From assembly GCF_009914755.1 (NCBI RefSeq), contig NC_060947.1: a stretch of DNA of 64,000 nucleotides. One strand, 5' to 3'. The notes beneath the pieces were generated by a model, which saw only the letters and a list, made by a program, of their open reading frames with translations, was not told where the DNA came from and searched no databases. Of this stretch, positions 42,659-56,574 are shown piece by piece; position 1 is the stretch's first letter; each line of letters opens with the position of its first letter. The translations under genes were made by a program, and so were the position numbers. The DNA is from the human T2T-CHM13v2.0 reference genome, Homo sapiens.

Positions 42659-44038
42659 GGGGATTCAGGGGATCATGGCAGACGGGAGACAGGACTAGAT
42701 TGCACCTCAAGACACAGCAGCATGCAGAGGTTTGCACTGTGAATTTTACCTCCAGATCGACTGCAAGAACAAACCAGCAATGCCGAAAGGACCCACAGAC
42801 CCTCTGAAGGAAGCAGACTGCTCTTGCAGGAGCTGGGAGAAACTCCAAATACTGTGAGTGCCCCAACAGGGGAAGTGGGAAAGGGAGACCCTCCTCTCCC
42901 AAACACACACCCCCACTGGAGAAGCTGAATGTCTGTTTGTGGGAGAAGTTTCCGACTTTACCTGGAGCTGAGTCAGCTTGGAGAACCGAGTGACATACAG
43001 GGGTAGAGGAAGCAGCAGAAAGGCCCCGGGAGCTCGCTGGGTCCCCAAGCAGCCCATTCCTGCCTGGCACCACAGGGATCCATCCGGAGGGTGGCCAGAG
43101 GAGCAGGGGTTAAAACTTCACAGGAAGAAGAAATTCTCTAGCTGAACTTTGTAACGATTTGAACAGGGCGAGAAGCCTCCTGGCCAGAACTCAGGGGAGG
43201 GAGCGAATCAGGTGTGCAGACTTCACAGGCTTGGGAAGAACTAAAGCCCTTTTCTCTCGCAGCTGGGAGGAGGAGAGCCCTGGGCAAATTTTGAAGCCCA
43301 TCTCCCCCTCATCCTGGAAACAGACTTGGGGCTGTTGGGGGCAGGCACAGTGGGAATGAGACTGGCCATTCAGTTTGCGTGGGAGCTGGGTGAGGCCCGT
43401 GACTGCCTGCTTTCCCCCACTTCCCTGACAACCTTCATGACTCAGTAGAGGCAGCCATAATCCTCCTAGGTACACAACCCTGGTGACCTGGGAATCTCCT
43501 CCCCATCACCCACAGCAGCTGCAGCAAGACCAACCCAAGGAGAGTCTGAGCTCAGACATGCCTAGCCCTGCCCCCACCTGATGGTTCTTCCCTATCCTCC
43601 TTGGTAGTGGAAGACAAAGGGCATATAATCTTGGGAGTTCTAGAGCCCCACCCACACTACTACAGCTGATAGTTTCTGGAAAGTGCCACCTCCTGGCAGG
43701 AGGCCAACCAGCACAAAAATAGAGCATTAAACCACCAAAGCTAAGGATCCCCACAGAGTCCCTTGCACCCTCCGCCACCTCCACCAGAACAGGCACTGGT
43801 ATCCACGGCTGAGAGACCCATAGACAGTTCACGTCACAAGACTGTGCAGACAACCCCCAGTTGGGTAGACTTGCTGGGTGGCTAGACCCAGAAGAGAGAC
43901 AACAATCACTGCATTTGGGCTCACAGGAAGCCGCATCCATAGGGGATGAGTACTACATCAAGGGAACACCCCATGGGACAAAAGAATCTGAAAAACAGCC
44001 TTCAGCCCTAGACCTTCCCTCTGACAGAGCCTATCCAA

Positions 44039-45059
44039 TTGAGAAGGAACCAGAAAACCAACCCTGGTAATATGACAAAACAAGGCTCTTCAACACCCTC
44101 AAAAAATCACACTAGTTCACCAGCAATAGATCAAAACCAAGAAGAAATCCCAGATTTATATGAAAAAGAATACAAAAGGTTAGTTATTAAGCTAATCAGG
44201 GAAGGACCAGAGAAAGGCAGAGCCCAATGCAAGGAAATCCAAAAAATGATACAAGAAGTGAAGGGAGAAATATTCACGGAAATAGATAGCTTAAAGAAAA
44301 AATAATAAAAAATTCAGGAAGCTTTGGACACACTTTTAGCAATGTGAAATGCTCTGGAAAGTTTCAGCAATAGAATTGAACAAGTAGAAGAAAGAAATTG
44401 AGAGCTCGAAGACAAGGTCTTCAAATTAACCCAATCCAACAAAGACAAAGAAACAAAGAATAAGAAAATATGAACAAAGCTTCCAAGAAGTCTGGGATTA
44501 TGTTAAATGACCAAACCTAAGAATAATTGCTGTACCTGATGAAGAAGAGAATTCTGAAAGCCTGGAAAACATATTTGGGGGAAAAATCAAGGAAAACTTC
44601 CCCAGCCTTGTGAGAGACCTAGACAACCAAATACAAGAAGCACAAAGAACACCTGGGAAATTCATTCCAAAAAGATCTTCACCTAGGCACATTGTCAACA
44701 GGTTATCCAAAGTTAAGACGAAGGAAAGAATCTTAAGAGCTGTGAGACAGAAGCACCAGGTAAGCCATAAAGGAAAACCTATCAGATTAACAGCAGATTT
44801 CTCAGCAGAAACCCTACAAACTAGAAGGGATTAGGGCCCTATCTTCAGCCTCCTCAAACAAAACAATTACCAGCCAAGAACTTTGTATCCAGCGAAAGTA
44901 AACATCATATATGAAGGAAAGATACAGTCGTTTTCAGACAAACAAATGCTGAGAGAATTCGCCATTACCAAACTACCACTACAAGAACTGCTAAAAGGAG
45001 TTCTAAATCTTGAACCAAATCCTGGAAACACATCAAAACAGAACCTCCTTAAAGCATAA
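44039..45059 (+). pseudogene. L1 ORF1 (RNA-binding protein) remnant
   Basis: MRRNQKTNPGNMTKQ and QIQEAQRTPG...PIRLTADFSAETLQ, interrupted by stops and frameshifts. Confidence 0.88.
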
Positions 45060-45222
45060 GTCACACAGGACCTACAAAACAAAAGTACAAGTTAAAAGGC
45101 AAAAACAAAAAACAAAACCAAAGTACACAGGCAACAGAGAGCACAATTAAAGCAACGGTACCTCACATTTCAGTACTAACGTTGAATGTAAATGGCCTAA
45201 ATGTTCCACTTAAGAGATACAG

Positions 45223-45342
45223 TTGGATTAAAATGTTGGCTGTTTTTGTTAATATACTTAAAACTGTAACCAGTGAATAACACCTGTAGTATTTTTTATT
45301 ATAGATTATATTTTATTTCAATAAACTTTGATATTTAGACAA
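45223..45342 (+). pseudogene. Putative retroposed mRNA 3'-UTR end inserted in L1 ORF2
   Basis: A 120-bp AT-rich non-L1 insert with AATAAA at 45320-45325, flanked by AAGAGATACAG at 45212-45222 and 45343-45353. Confidence 0.7.
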
Positions 45343-48300
45343 AAGAGATACAGAACTGCACAATGGATAAGAACTCACCAACCAACTATCTGCTGCCTTC
45401 AGGAGACTCACCTAACACAGAAGGACTCACATAAACTTAAAGTAAAGGGGTGGAAAAAGGTATTTCATGCAAATGGACACCAAAATCGAGCAGGGGTAGC
45501 TATTCTTATATCAGACAAAACAAACTTTAAAGCAACAGTGGTTAAAAGAGACAAACAGGGACAGTATATAACAGTAAAAGGCCTTGTGCAACAGGAAAAT
45601 CAAAATCCTAAACATATATGCACCTAACACTGGAGCTCCCAAATTTATAAAACAATTACTAATAAACCTAAGAAATGAGATTGACAGTAACACAATAATA
45701 GTGGGGACTTCAATACTCCACTGACAGCACTAGACAGGTCATCAAGACAGAAAATCAACAAACAACAGATTCAAACTATACCTTGGAACAAATGGACCTA
45801 ACAGATGTATACATAACATTTCATCCAACAACCACAGAATACACATTGTATTCAACAGTGCATGGAGCTTTCTCCAAGATAGACCATATGATAGGCCATA
45901 AAATTAGACTCAATAAATTTAAGAAAATTGAAATTATATCAAGCACTCTCTCAGACTACAGTGGAATAAATCTGGAAATCAACATCAAAAAGAACTTTCA
46001 AAACCATGAAAATACACGGAAATTAAATAACTTGCTCCTGAATGAGCATTGGGTCAAAAATGAAATCAAGATGGAAATTTAAAAATTCTTTTAATTGAAT
46101 GACAATAATGACACAACTTATCAAAACCTCTGGGATACGGCAAAGGCAGTGCTAAGAGGAAAGTCATAGCCCTAAATACCTATATCAAAAAAGTCTGAAA
46201 GAGTACAAACAGACAATCTAAGGTCACATCTCAAGGAACTACAGAAACAAGAACAAACCAAACTCAAACCCAGTAAAAGAAAGGAAATAACCAAGATCAG
46301 AGCAGAACTAAATGAGATTGAAACAACAACAACAAAAAATACAAACGGTAAGTGAAACAAAAAGCTGGTTCTTTGACAAGATAAATAAAATTGATAGACC
46401 ATTAGCAAAATTAACCAAGAAAAGAAGAGAGAAAATCCAAATAACCTCACTAAGAAACAAAACAGGAGATATTACAACTGACACCACTGAAATACAAAAG
46501 TTCATTCAAGGCTAATATGAACACCTTTATGCAAATAAACTAGAAAACCTAGAAGAGATGGATAAGTTCCTGGAAAAATACAACCCTCCTCACTTAAAGC
46601 AGAAGAATTAGATACCCTGAATACACCAATAACAATCAGTGAGATTGAAATGGTAATTAAAAGTTAACCAACATAAAAAATTCCAGAACCAGACAGATTC
46701 ACAGCAGAATTCTACCAGACATTCAAAGAAGAATTGGTATCAATCCTTTTGACACCTATTCCACAGGATAGAGAAAGAAGGAACCCCCTCACCCAATTCA
46801 TTTTATGAAGCCAGCATCACCCAAATACTAAAACCAGGAAAGGACATAACCAAAGAAGAAAACTACAGACCAATATCCTTGATGAACATAGACACTAAAA
46901 TCCTTACCAAAATACTAGCTAACAGAATCCAACAACACATCAAAAATGTAATCCACCATGATCAAGTGGGTTTCATACCAGGGATGCAGGGATGGTTTAA
47001 TGTATGTAAGTCAATAAATGTGATACACCACATAAACAGAATTTAAAACAAAAATCACATGATCATCTCAATAGATGCAGAAAAAGCATTAGACAAAATT
47101 GAGCATCCCTTTATGATTAAAACTCTTAGCAAAATTGGCATACAAGGGAAATACCTTAATGTAATAAAAGCCATCTATGACAAACCCACAGCCAATGTAA
47201 TACTGAATGGGGAAAAGCTGAAAGCATCCCCTCTGAGAACTGGAACAAGACGAGGATGCCCACTCTCACCACTCCTCTTCAACATAGTACTGGAAGTCCT
47301 AGCCAGAGCAATCAGACAAGAGAAAGAAATAAAGGACATCCAAATTGGTAAAGAGGAAGTCAAACTGTCACTATTTGCTGACAATGTGATCATTTACCTT
47401 GAAAACCCTGAGGACTCCTCCAGAGAGCTCCTAGAACTGATAAAAAAAATCAGGAAAGTTTCCAGATACAAGATTAATGTACATAAATCAGTAGCTCTTC
47501 TATACAGCGACCAAGAAGAGAGTCAAATCAAGAACTCAACCCCTTATAAAATAGCTGCCAAAAAAAAAATACTTCAGAATATACCTAACAAAAGAGTTGA
47601 AAGACCTCTACAAGGAAAACTACAAAACACTGCTGAAAGAAATCATAGATGACACAAACAAATGGAAACACATCCCATGCTCATGGATGGGTAGAATCAA
47701 TATTGTGAAAATGACCATATTGCCAAAAGCAATCTACAAACTCAATGCAATCCCATCAGAATACCACCATCATTCTTCACAGAATTAGAAAAAAAATTCT
47801 AAAATTCATATGGAACCAAAAAATAGCCCACATAAACAAAGCAAGACTAAGCAATAAGAACAAATCTGGAGGCATCACACTACCTGATTTCAAACTATCC
47901 TATAAGGCCATAGTCACCAAAACAGCATGGTACTGGTATAAAAATAGGCAAATACACCAATGGAACAGAATAGAGAACCCAGAAATAAACCCAAATACTT
48001 ACAGCTAACTGATCTTTGACAAAGCAAACAAAAACATAAAGTGGGGAAAGGATACCCTTTTCAACAAATGGTGCTGGCATAATTGGCTAGCCATATGTAA
48101 GAGAATGAAACTGGAACCTCATCTCTCACCTTATACAAAAATCAACTCAAGATGGATGAAGATCTTAAACCTAAGACCTGAAACTACAAAAATTCTAGAA
48201 GATAACATTAGAAAAACCCTTCTAGACATTGGCTTCGGCAAGGATTTCAGGATCAAGACCCCAAAAGCAAATGCAATAAAAATGAAGATAAATATCTGGG

Positions 48301-48931
48301 ACCTAATTAAACTGAAGAGCTTTTACATGGCAAATGGAACAGTCAGCAGAGTAAACAGACAACCCACAGAGTGGGAGAAAATCTTTACCATCTATACATC
48401 TGACAGAGGACTAATATCCAGAATCTACAATGAACTCAAACAAATCAGTAAGAAAAAAACAAACAATCCCATCAAAAAGTGGGCTAAGGACATGAATAGA
48501 CAACTCTCAAAAGAAGATATACAAATGGTGAACAAACATATGAAAAAATGCTCAACATCACTATCAGGGAAATGCAAATCAAAACCACAATGGGATACCA
48601 CCTTACTCCTGCAAGTATGGCCATAATCAAAAAATCAAAAGACAGTAGATGTTGGTGTGGATGGGTGAACAGGGAACACTTCTACACTGCTGGTGGGAAT
48701 ATAAGCTAGTACAGCCACTATGGAAAAGAGTGTGGAGTTTTCTTAAAGAACTAAAAGTAGAACTACCATTTGATCCATCAATCCCACTACTGGGTATCTA
48801 CCCAGAGGAAAAGAAGTCATTATTTGAAAAAGATACTTGCACATGCATGTTTATAGCAGCACAATTCACAACTGCAGAATCGTGGAACCAATCCAAATGC
48901 CCATCAATCAACGAGTGGATAAAGAAACTGT

Positions 48932-48933
<2 letters not shown>

Positions 48934-48969
<36 letters not shown>
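48934..48969. repeat. (AT)n microsatellite inside the L1PB
   Basis: Read directly from the sequence. Confidence 0.95.
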
Positions 48970-48975
<6 letters not shown>

Positions 48976-49279
48976 ATGGAATACTATGCAGCCGTAAAAA
49001 GGAATGAATTAACAGCATTTTCAGTGACCTGGATGAGATTGAAGACTATTATTCTAAGTGATGTAACTCAGAAATGTAAAACTAAACTTGTATGTTCTTA
49101 CTGATATGTGGGAGCTGAGCTATGACGACACAAAGGCATAAGAATGATACAATGGACTTTGGGGACTTGGGGGGAAGAGTGGGAAGGGGGTGAGGGATGA
49201 AAGACTACAAATATGGTGCAGTGTATATATGGGTAATGGGTGCACCAAAATCTCACAAATCCCACTGAAGAACTTACTC

Positions 49280-49595
<316 letters not shown>

Positions 49596-49660
49596 GACTT
49601 ACTCATGTAACCAAATACCCTGTGTACCCCAATAACTTATGGAAAAATAAAAAAGAAAAG

Positions 49661-50321
49661 TTATCCATACATATATTTACCATTAAATATATCATATATG
49701 TCCAGGAGGTGGTTGGGAAACTCTAGTACCCATCAGAACTTGTTAAAACAAAGATTGCTACACTCCCTGCCCCAGGGTATGTGGTTCAGTATGTCTAGGG
49801 TGAGGTCTAAAATTTGCATTTTAACAAATTTCTAGGCTTCTGGTAGGGGACCACACTTTGAAAACCACTGATTTGAGAGATTAAAAGAAAAACTTTAAGT
49901 TTCTTTTTACTTGAAATAAGCCTGAAAAATCATCTAGTTAAATTTCTGTTTGTTACAAGCTTTAAAGAGCAGCTAGTTAGATCTTAAATAAGTATAAATA
50001 TGAAGAGCATATAGTTAAATGTTAAGGCCTTGGTAGGCTAAATGGTATCTCCAATATTTCACATATAGGTAACAACAAATTGAGAGCTAGGACTCCTTGT
50101 TCACTCATACATTTTGTTGAATTGTCTCCATTGGTCTGGAGAATGTCTCCTTTTAATGTATCAACTGTTTTTGGCATGATGGCTATGTACTGTTGATGTA
50201 TGTAGGTTTAAAAAAATGAGATCTGGGAGTTTAAATGCAAGTACTCAACACAGTATCCTGAGTAATTAGAACTGTGTCTATTGCAAAAAGGCTGATCAAT
50301 AAATACTTAACAAAATGAAAA
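49661..50321 (+). other. Putative L1 3'-transduced segment
   Basis: Lies between the L1 tail and the second TSD copy, and ends in AATAAA (50298-50303) plus an A-rich run. Confidence 0.85.
49705..49870. mobile_element. MER5A-like hAT MITE inside the transduced segment
   Basis: CTTGTTAAAACAAAGATTGCT...TCTAGGGTGAGGTCTAAAATTTGCATT...GACCACACTTTGAAAACCACTG. Confidence 0.75.
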
Positions 50322-50790
50322 AAAATCCTTACAATGACTTACAAGTGCCTGCATGGTTTGTTCCCTCGTTAGCTCTACAACATCATATCCTACGACTTTT
50401 CCTCATGCTCACTCTGTTCCAGCCACACTGTTATGTCTGCCTGGAAAAATCTTCCCCAAAACATTCAAATAATTTACTCCCTTACCTCCTTCAGGTCTTA
50501 ATTCAAATTATGTCCCTTTTCAGTGAGATCTTCCCTCACTACCCTATTTAAAATTAAAGTTATCCATACTCCTTATGCCTCTTCCTCATTTCATTTTTCT
50601 TATAGTACTCATCAACATCTAATACACCACATTTATTTCATTAATTTGTTTATAGTCTTTCTCTCCCTCTGCAATATAAGCTTCATGAGGGCAAGATTTT
50701 TGTCTTTTAAAAAAAGCACTGGATATCCCCAGCACCTAGCACAGGGTCTGGCATTGGTAGATGCTTAAAATTTTTTGTTAAACAAATGTT
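50322..50790 (+). mobile_element. L2, right part continuing from 42658 to its 3' end
   Basis: ATCCTTACAATGACTTACAAG...CTCTGTTCCAGCCACACTG...CCCCAGCACCTAGCACAG. Confidence 0.8.
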
Positions 50791-50919
50791 CTTAAAAAAT
50801 GCTCATGGCTCAGAAAAACATTCCTTTCCCTAGCTGGCTCTCAGTTTCGCCTATTGATAGCATAAGGGAGTTGGATTGGGTGATCTTTCAGGTCTCTTGT
50901 ATCTCTAGGACTAAATCTA

Positions 50920-51150
50920 GAGATCGGGTGAAAAGTACAATCTTGGGAGCCAGATTTCTTGGGCTTCTCCTCCTGCTGCCTTGAGACAGGTCACTTCACC
51001 TCTCTGGGCCTCCAGTTTTTGTATCTGAAAAGTAAAGATGATAAAAATAGACCCTGTCTCAAAGGGTTGCTGTGGAGATTAAATAAGATCATCCATATAT
51101 AAGCACTTTAACACAGTGCATAGTGTTTAATAAACATTAACTATTGCTTT
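50920..51150 (+). mobile_element. MIR SINE
   Basis: GTCACTTCACCTCTCTGGGCCTCCAGTTT...GGTTGCTGTGGAGATTAAAT. Confidence 0.75.
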
Positions 51151-51266
51151 TAGGGTGATCATTAGCAAGTAGCCACATTAGCAGCCTTGCTTAGGCTCAT
51201 AATCAGCTTCAGTTGCTGATGGTATGAAAAAAAAAAAAAGCAAAACAACTTCCATAACAACAAATT

Positions 51267-51315
51267 CACCTGAGGTTCATATGCAGCTCATATGCGACTC
51301 ATATGCATACAGCTG
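51267..51315. promoter_or_regulatory. Five phased E-boxes (candidate bHLH element)
   Basis: CACCTG, CATATG x3 and CAGCTG start at 51267, 51278, 51289, 51300 and 51310. Function is not shown by the sequence. Confidence 0.35.
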
Positions 51316-51834
51316 GCCTTTCCCCCTTCCTCCACCCCATTACTAAGACAGAAGAACAGCCTGTTCTCTTGTAACCTGATGTCCCTGGATAAGCGGGAGG
51401 GGGAGAGAGGCAACGTGTGATTGCCATGGCCACCCGCTGCATTTCAAGTTCCACAGAGAAGCAGGGTATGGGGGCTTATTCACAATCACCCACAAACCTG
51501 GCCATGGGTGCCTTCAACCAGAGTGTGTAGAATACATGTTGTTCCAGTGGCAGAGGCCCATCACAGATGTTCTACTAGGAGGGCAAAGGATGATGTTCAA
51601 AGCCATCAGCAGCATACGTGATTCAGACAGCTGGCCAGGTCTTTGGGGCCAGAGATGCGTGGGCTTGCCAGAGTAAGGCAGGATGTGGATAGGTTACTGG
51701 AATGGAAACTAGAAACAGTAACCAATGAAAAAACCTAATAAAATGATAAGAATATTAATAACAGCTTACATTTCTTTTGAATATATTGTGTACCAAATGC
51801 TTTGTACATGTTTTCATTTAATTCTCCAATGAAC

Positions 51835-51985
51835 TCAGTAGTTCTCAACTTTAGCTATACGTTGGACAAACTTGAAAAAAATCAATGCTCTGGCCCCACC
51901 GCACCAATTAAATCAGAATGTCTAGCAAAAAAAAATTAATCTCCCCAGATAATTATAATGTGTAGCCAGGGTTGAGAACCCTCTG
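51835..51985. mobile_element. MER5-family MITE
   Basis: CAGTAGTTCTCAAC...CCAATTAAATCAGAAT...GCCAGGGTTGAGAACC terminal inverted repeats. Confidence 0.72.
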
Positions 51986-52349
51986 TTCACCAGATCTAGG
52001 CTTAATGCAGCAACAGCAGTGACATTAGGCCATTATTTCTTTAACCATGGTATGCGTACCACTGGCTGTACACAAAATGATTTAGGAGATAAATGTGAGC
52101 ATTTTAAATGTCAAAGTTATGTATTCATCTTGATGTATATTAGAAATATACATCTATCTATAATACATATAGCCTATGATTTCACAAACATTGCTTAAAC
52201 AATGCTAAATTGATTTAAAATATTGAAAAGTGACTTGAGTTAAAGAAATATATGAAATAAATGATAATAAGTTGACATAAGAATATGGCTCCAAAAATTC
52301 AGAATGGGATAGATGAATGGCTGAAGAGGAAGAAACACTATCTGAAGTC

Positions 52350-53080
52350 ATTCATTTTTTTCATTCAATAAACATTTACTGGAAAATGATTATGTGACAG
52401 ATATTATGTTAGACACAATAGACAGATGAGGAAAGAATAAGAAATGGTTCTTGCCTTCAAGGATCTCACAGAAAAGAAAATATACAATGGCAATTCAGTA
52501 TAAATAAGCACAGGGTATAGTGGGAATGTATGGAGGGGGCAGGTTATGGAGACAGAAGCAGTGGGGATTTAGGAAGATTACCAAGAAAAGGTGGCTGGTC
52601 ATGTAAAAGGGAGAGGGAGGAAAAGATGATGTCAAGATGAGGGCAGTAGGAACAACGCACAGAAGTGAGAAGCAGCAGGGTGTAAAGATGCAATGGTTGG
52701 CTTGGGGGAGGGGTGAAGAAGGGAGTATTCAATTACTAGAGCAAAACATACAAGGCAGGGAAGTGAGGAGAGAAAAGGCCAGAAAGATTTGCCTGAATTG
52801 GATTATTGCACTCCAAGAAGAAGGGTTTGAGCTTTATTCTTTTCTTTGGACAGGCTTGACTTTATATCTGGGCTAGAGGGTTAATATTCAAATCCTAGTT
52901 TTAGCACTTTTTTTTTTTTTACTGTGTGTCAGTGGGCAAGTTGCCTAACCTTTCTTAGCTTCAGTTTTCTCATCTGTCAAGTGGAAAATTAATAGATACC
53001 TTTCTTAGCATTAAGTGTAGGAGGTTAAATGAGATCTCATTTATAAATCATTTTTCATGGTGCTTGGCACACAAAGTAAG
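52350..53080. mobile_element. L2 (minus) followed by MIR (plus)
   Basis: TTCATTCAATAAACATTTACTG L2 tail, then GGGCAAGTTGCCTAACC...TCAGTTTTCTCATCTGT MIR core. Confidence 0.65.
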
Positions 53081-54019
53081 TCCCACTTCTTGTCTGTTCT
53101 TCCCTGGCAGAAAAAAAAAGAGCACGTCTCTTGTCAGCAGTGTGTGTTTATAATATGAGTCAATCTGTATTACTCTCTCATTTTATCTCTATATTCAATA
53201 AACTTTTAAAAAACATCTGCCATGTAGCAGGCCTTTTGCCTATTTTATTTTACTTAATTTGCACAAGGGCCCTGATGACAGGAAGACTGTGCAGTGAAAA
53301 GTCCAGTGAAAAGGGCAGGGCTGCTGATGCTATCTTAACTTCAACTAGAACAGCTATGCTTTGGCTCCACAATGCTTAAGGTACAAGGGATTCCACGTTT
53401 CTTTATTATTTCTTCATAGATGAAAAAACATCAAGAACTGTTTTCCTGACTCTGGGAGAGAAAAAATAGCTGAAGACATAGGGCCCTATATGCTGAAAAT
53501 TTGCCCCAGTGACCTCTACTAGCCTGAGAGTCTGGAGGCATTATTGGTGTCTTCCAGAATTTAGCTTCTTTGTCTCCTGATATTCTATTTTTTTTATTTA
53601 TTGTGGTAAAAAAAATACAACATCACACAAAATTTACCATCTTAATCATTTTAAAGTATACAGTTAAATAGTGTTAATTAGATTCAAATTGTTATGAAAC
53701 AGATCTCCAGATTCTTTTTTAAATCAAATAGAATACTCTATCAGTATGTTCATTTTGTGGTAATTCACTGGTGTGTAAGTCTAAGATTTGTTCATTTTTT
53801 TCTCTAGTTATGTCGTACTTTAAGAAACAGGTTTTTTAAAGTAATGACATTGCATAAAACACCAGTGACTGTTCCAGTTAAGTTATTGGTGAATGATCCA
53901 GTTGGCTATAGAAATTAGAGATGGTAAGTTTCTTAAATGTAAAACAAAAACAATATATTTTTAAATGCCCTACACAATTTAGAAGGGGAAAGAAATTAGT
54001 TCAATACTAAGACATCTTA

Positions 54020-55380
54020 ACCAGCAGAAAAGAGAACAGAGAGGTCTTCTAGTTCAGGTAAGATGACATACATAGACTCCTTTCTTGTTGCTCCTCCCCA
54101 CTAGATACAACTATAAATTCTGATAATAAACCTTTTTGTTCCTGTGGGCCTGGAGTACTTGGTGGTTAGGAGGTCACCTGTAAGAGGAATCCCTTCAGAA
54201 CAAGTGACCCAGCCTGGAAGCTTCTTTGTGTCCTTGGGCCTGAGAAGACCCTCCCCGACACAGACAGGCCAGGTTGCCCTTGGGGTAGGGGGAGTGGATC
54301 CTGCACAACATATGGCCAATTGCAGGAACCCTTCTTCCTGGAGACTCCCTTTTCCCACCTAGAGGCATCATAATAACCTAGCCTGGGGAAGCACCTTCTG
54401 CCTCCACAGGCCGAATCAGCATAGACCAGGGAAAGCCTCAAAGGCACCACGTAAACCAAGCAGATGAAAGCACAGTAAAAGCTCTGAAAATTAAACTGTC
54501 ACTGGAACCACAGCACACAAGAGTAGGCCAGGACTTGCATGCTAAACCTAAACAAGGAGACTTCCTAAAATAGAAGATTGACATAGGACTCTCAGACTTT
54601 CCTAACTCAATAACAAAAATGTGGATATTTTGTAGAACATATTTTAAAATCACCTGTCATACCAAGAACCAGGAAAATAAGTTGAACGAGAAAAGATAAC
54701 CAAATGATGCCAATATGGAGATGAATCATATGTTGGAATTATCTGACAAAATTTTTAAAGCAGTCAGCATAAAAATGCCTCAATGGGCAATTATGAACAT
54801 GGTAGAAATAAATTAACAAATGAAAATTTCAGCAAAGAAATAGAAATTATATAAAAAAGAACCAAATGCAAACTCAAAAATACATTAATGGGAAAAAACA
54901 CACCCAAGTAATTATGCTGAGTGAAAGAAACCAATTTCAAAAGGTTATGTACTGTATGATTCCATTTATATGAAATTATTGAAATGACAAAATCATTGAA
55001 CCTGAGAACAATTTAGTAGTTGTCAGGATTTAGAGTTTTGGTTCAGGAGAGGGAAATGTATGTGGTTATAAAAGGGCAAAATGAGAGATCCTGTGGGATG
55101 GAACTGCTCTATATCTTGACTATTGTGGAGGATAAACAAACTTACATATGTATTAAATTGTATAGTGCTAAATACACACACATACATACACATACATAGA
55201 AAGGAGTATAAGTAATACCAGAGAAATCTGAATATCAGTGGATTGTATCAATGTCAATATCATGGCTGTGATATTGTACTATTTCCCACTGGGGGAAGCT
55301 GAATGAAGGTTCCATGCTCTGTATTATTTATTGCAATTCCATATGAATCTATATCTCAAATAAAAATTTAATTAAAAATT
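54020..55380 (+). mobile_element. Old L1M 5'/ORF1-start fragment abutting an L1MC/MD 3' end
   Basis: GTTGGAATTATCTGACAAA resembles the sequence at ~32755. A 3'UTR follows (ATTATGCTGAGTGAAAGAAACCAA...GTGGATTGTATCAATGTCAATATC). Confidence 0.7.
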
Positions 55381-56574
55381 AATCTATATTTTAAGTGCTT
55401 AATTAAAATAAAATCGATTCTCTGATTCATGAAATAGAGAAAATAGTATTTTATTGTGAACTATGGCTTTGCTTTGTTTTAGGTAAATGCTAGTGTTGGC
55501 ATAAATTTGTAAAACATAAGCTTTGTTAGTATATACATATTTTTGAAAGTTACATTTCGGGGCAATTTTGAGGTGTGGAACCTGAAGTTTTATTGCAGGA
55601 CTTAGTGCAGCTTCAGAATCAGTGCATTTAAAAGCTAGAACAATGTTGGCTTTTAACTCCATATATTAGATTTATCAATTATTAGAAATAAACTGCCATG
55701 TATATTCATTTTTAAAGTGCAATAGAATCTATGTGGATTCAATTAGAAAACAAATACATCCTATATGAGCTCTCACTCAGCAGAGTTGGCTAGAAGTCCA
55801 ATATCAATTTCTTTGTGGGATTCTTTCATTTTCCTTTGATTATATCCAAATCTTGGGGTTTAGGCAGTCTGGGAAGAAAAGAGGAAGGGCCCTGGTTACC
55901 AGGCTGTGGCGACAAAAATCTCATTGCTCCTCTTCTAGGCTGGTGTGGTCCATTCATTCAAAGGTGAACTTTGCGATTCCCTGCTAAACTCCCTCTTTGC
56001 TGAGTTCTGCAATGGAGACTTTCACTGGGGCACTTCAGGCTTGCCTAATAACCAAGTCTTCACAGAGCTACCACTATCCCAGGCCTGTCACCACCAATGT
56101 GTTCTCTATGAACAGAAGCAGAACTAGAAAACTGGTGGTTCTAGTTTGTTTCTTGCCCTGAGGGAAGCTGTACAACTTACCAACTCCCCGCTGCTCTATC
56201 TTGGCAACTCAGCCTCATCCCCATGATGAGCTTATAAGAAACTTCACTGTGTATCACGATCACCCAAGAGCTTGTTAAATATGCTACAACCTAGGACCTG
56301 CCCCAAACCTCCTGGTGCCTTTGTTTATTAATCCATTTCACTGAAAAAATAAAGAGCAAAGTATTTGGACATTAAATTAGTAGTATGTCACCCTGCCATG
56401 TAAATAAAAAATTTTATTTGAAACTGGCTAGCCATATGCAGAAGAATGAAACTGGAACCCCTACCTTTCACCATATACAAAAATTAACTCAAGATGGATT
56501 AAAGATTTATTTTTATTTTTTATATTTACATTTATTTTATTTTTCCATAAGTTATTGGGGTACAGGTGGCATTT

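Larger units (their letters stand above)
45150..49050 (+). pseudogene. L1 ORF2 (endonuclease / reverse transcriptase) remnant
   Basis: CCLQETHL (EN), [10 protein letters not shown]...[13 protein letters not shown]...LFADN (RT, FADD mutated), [15 protein letters not shown], and HCWWE. Multiple frameshifts. Confidence 0.92.

Noticed and set aside
47059-47652. 197-aa reverse-transcriptase ORF as a novel RT system or active L1
   Set aside because: It is an ordinary L1 ORF2 fragment with catalytic FADD changed to FADN, and the surrounding frames are broken.
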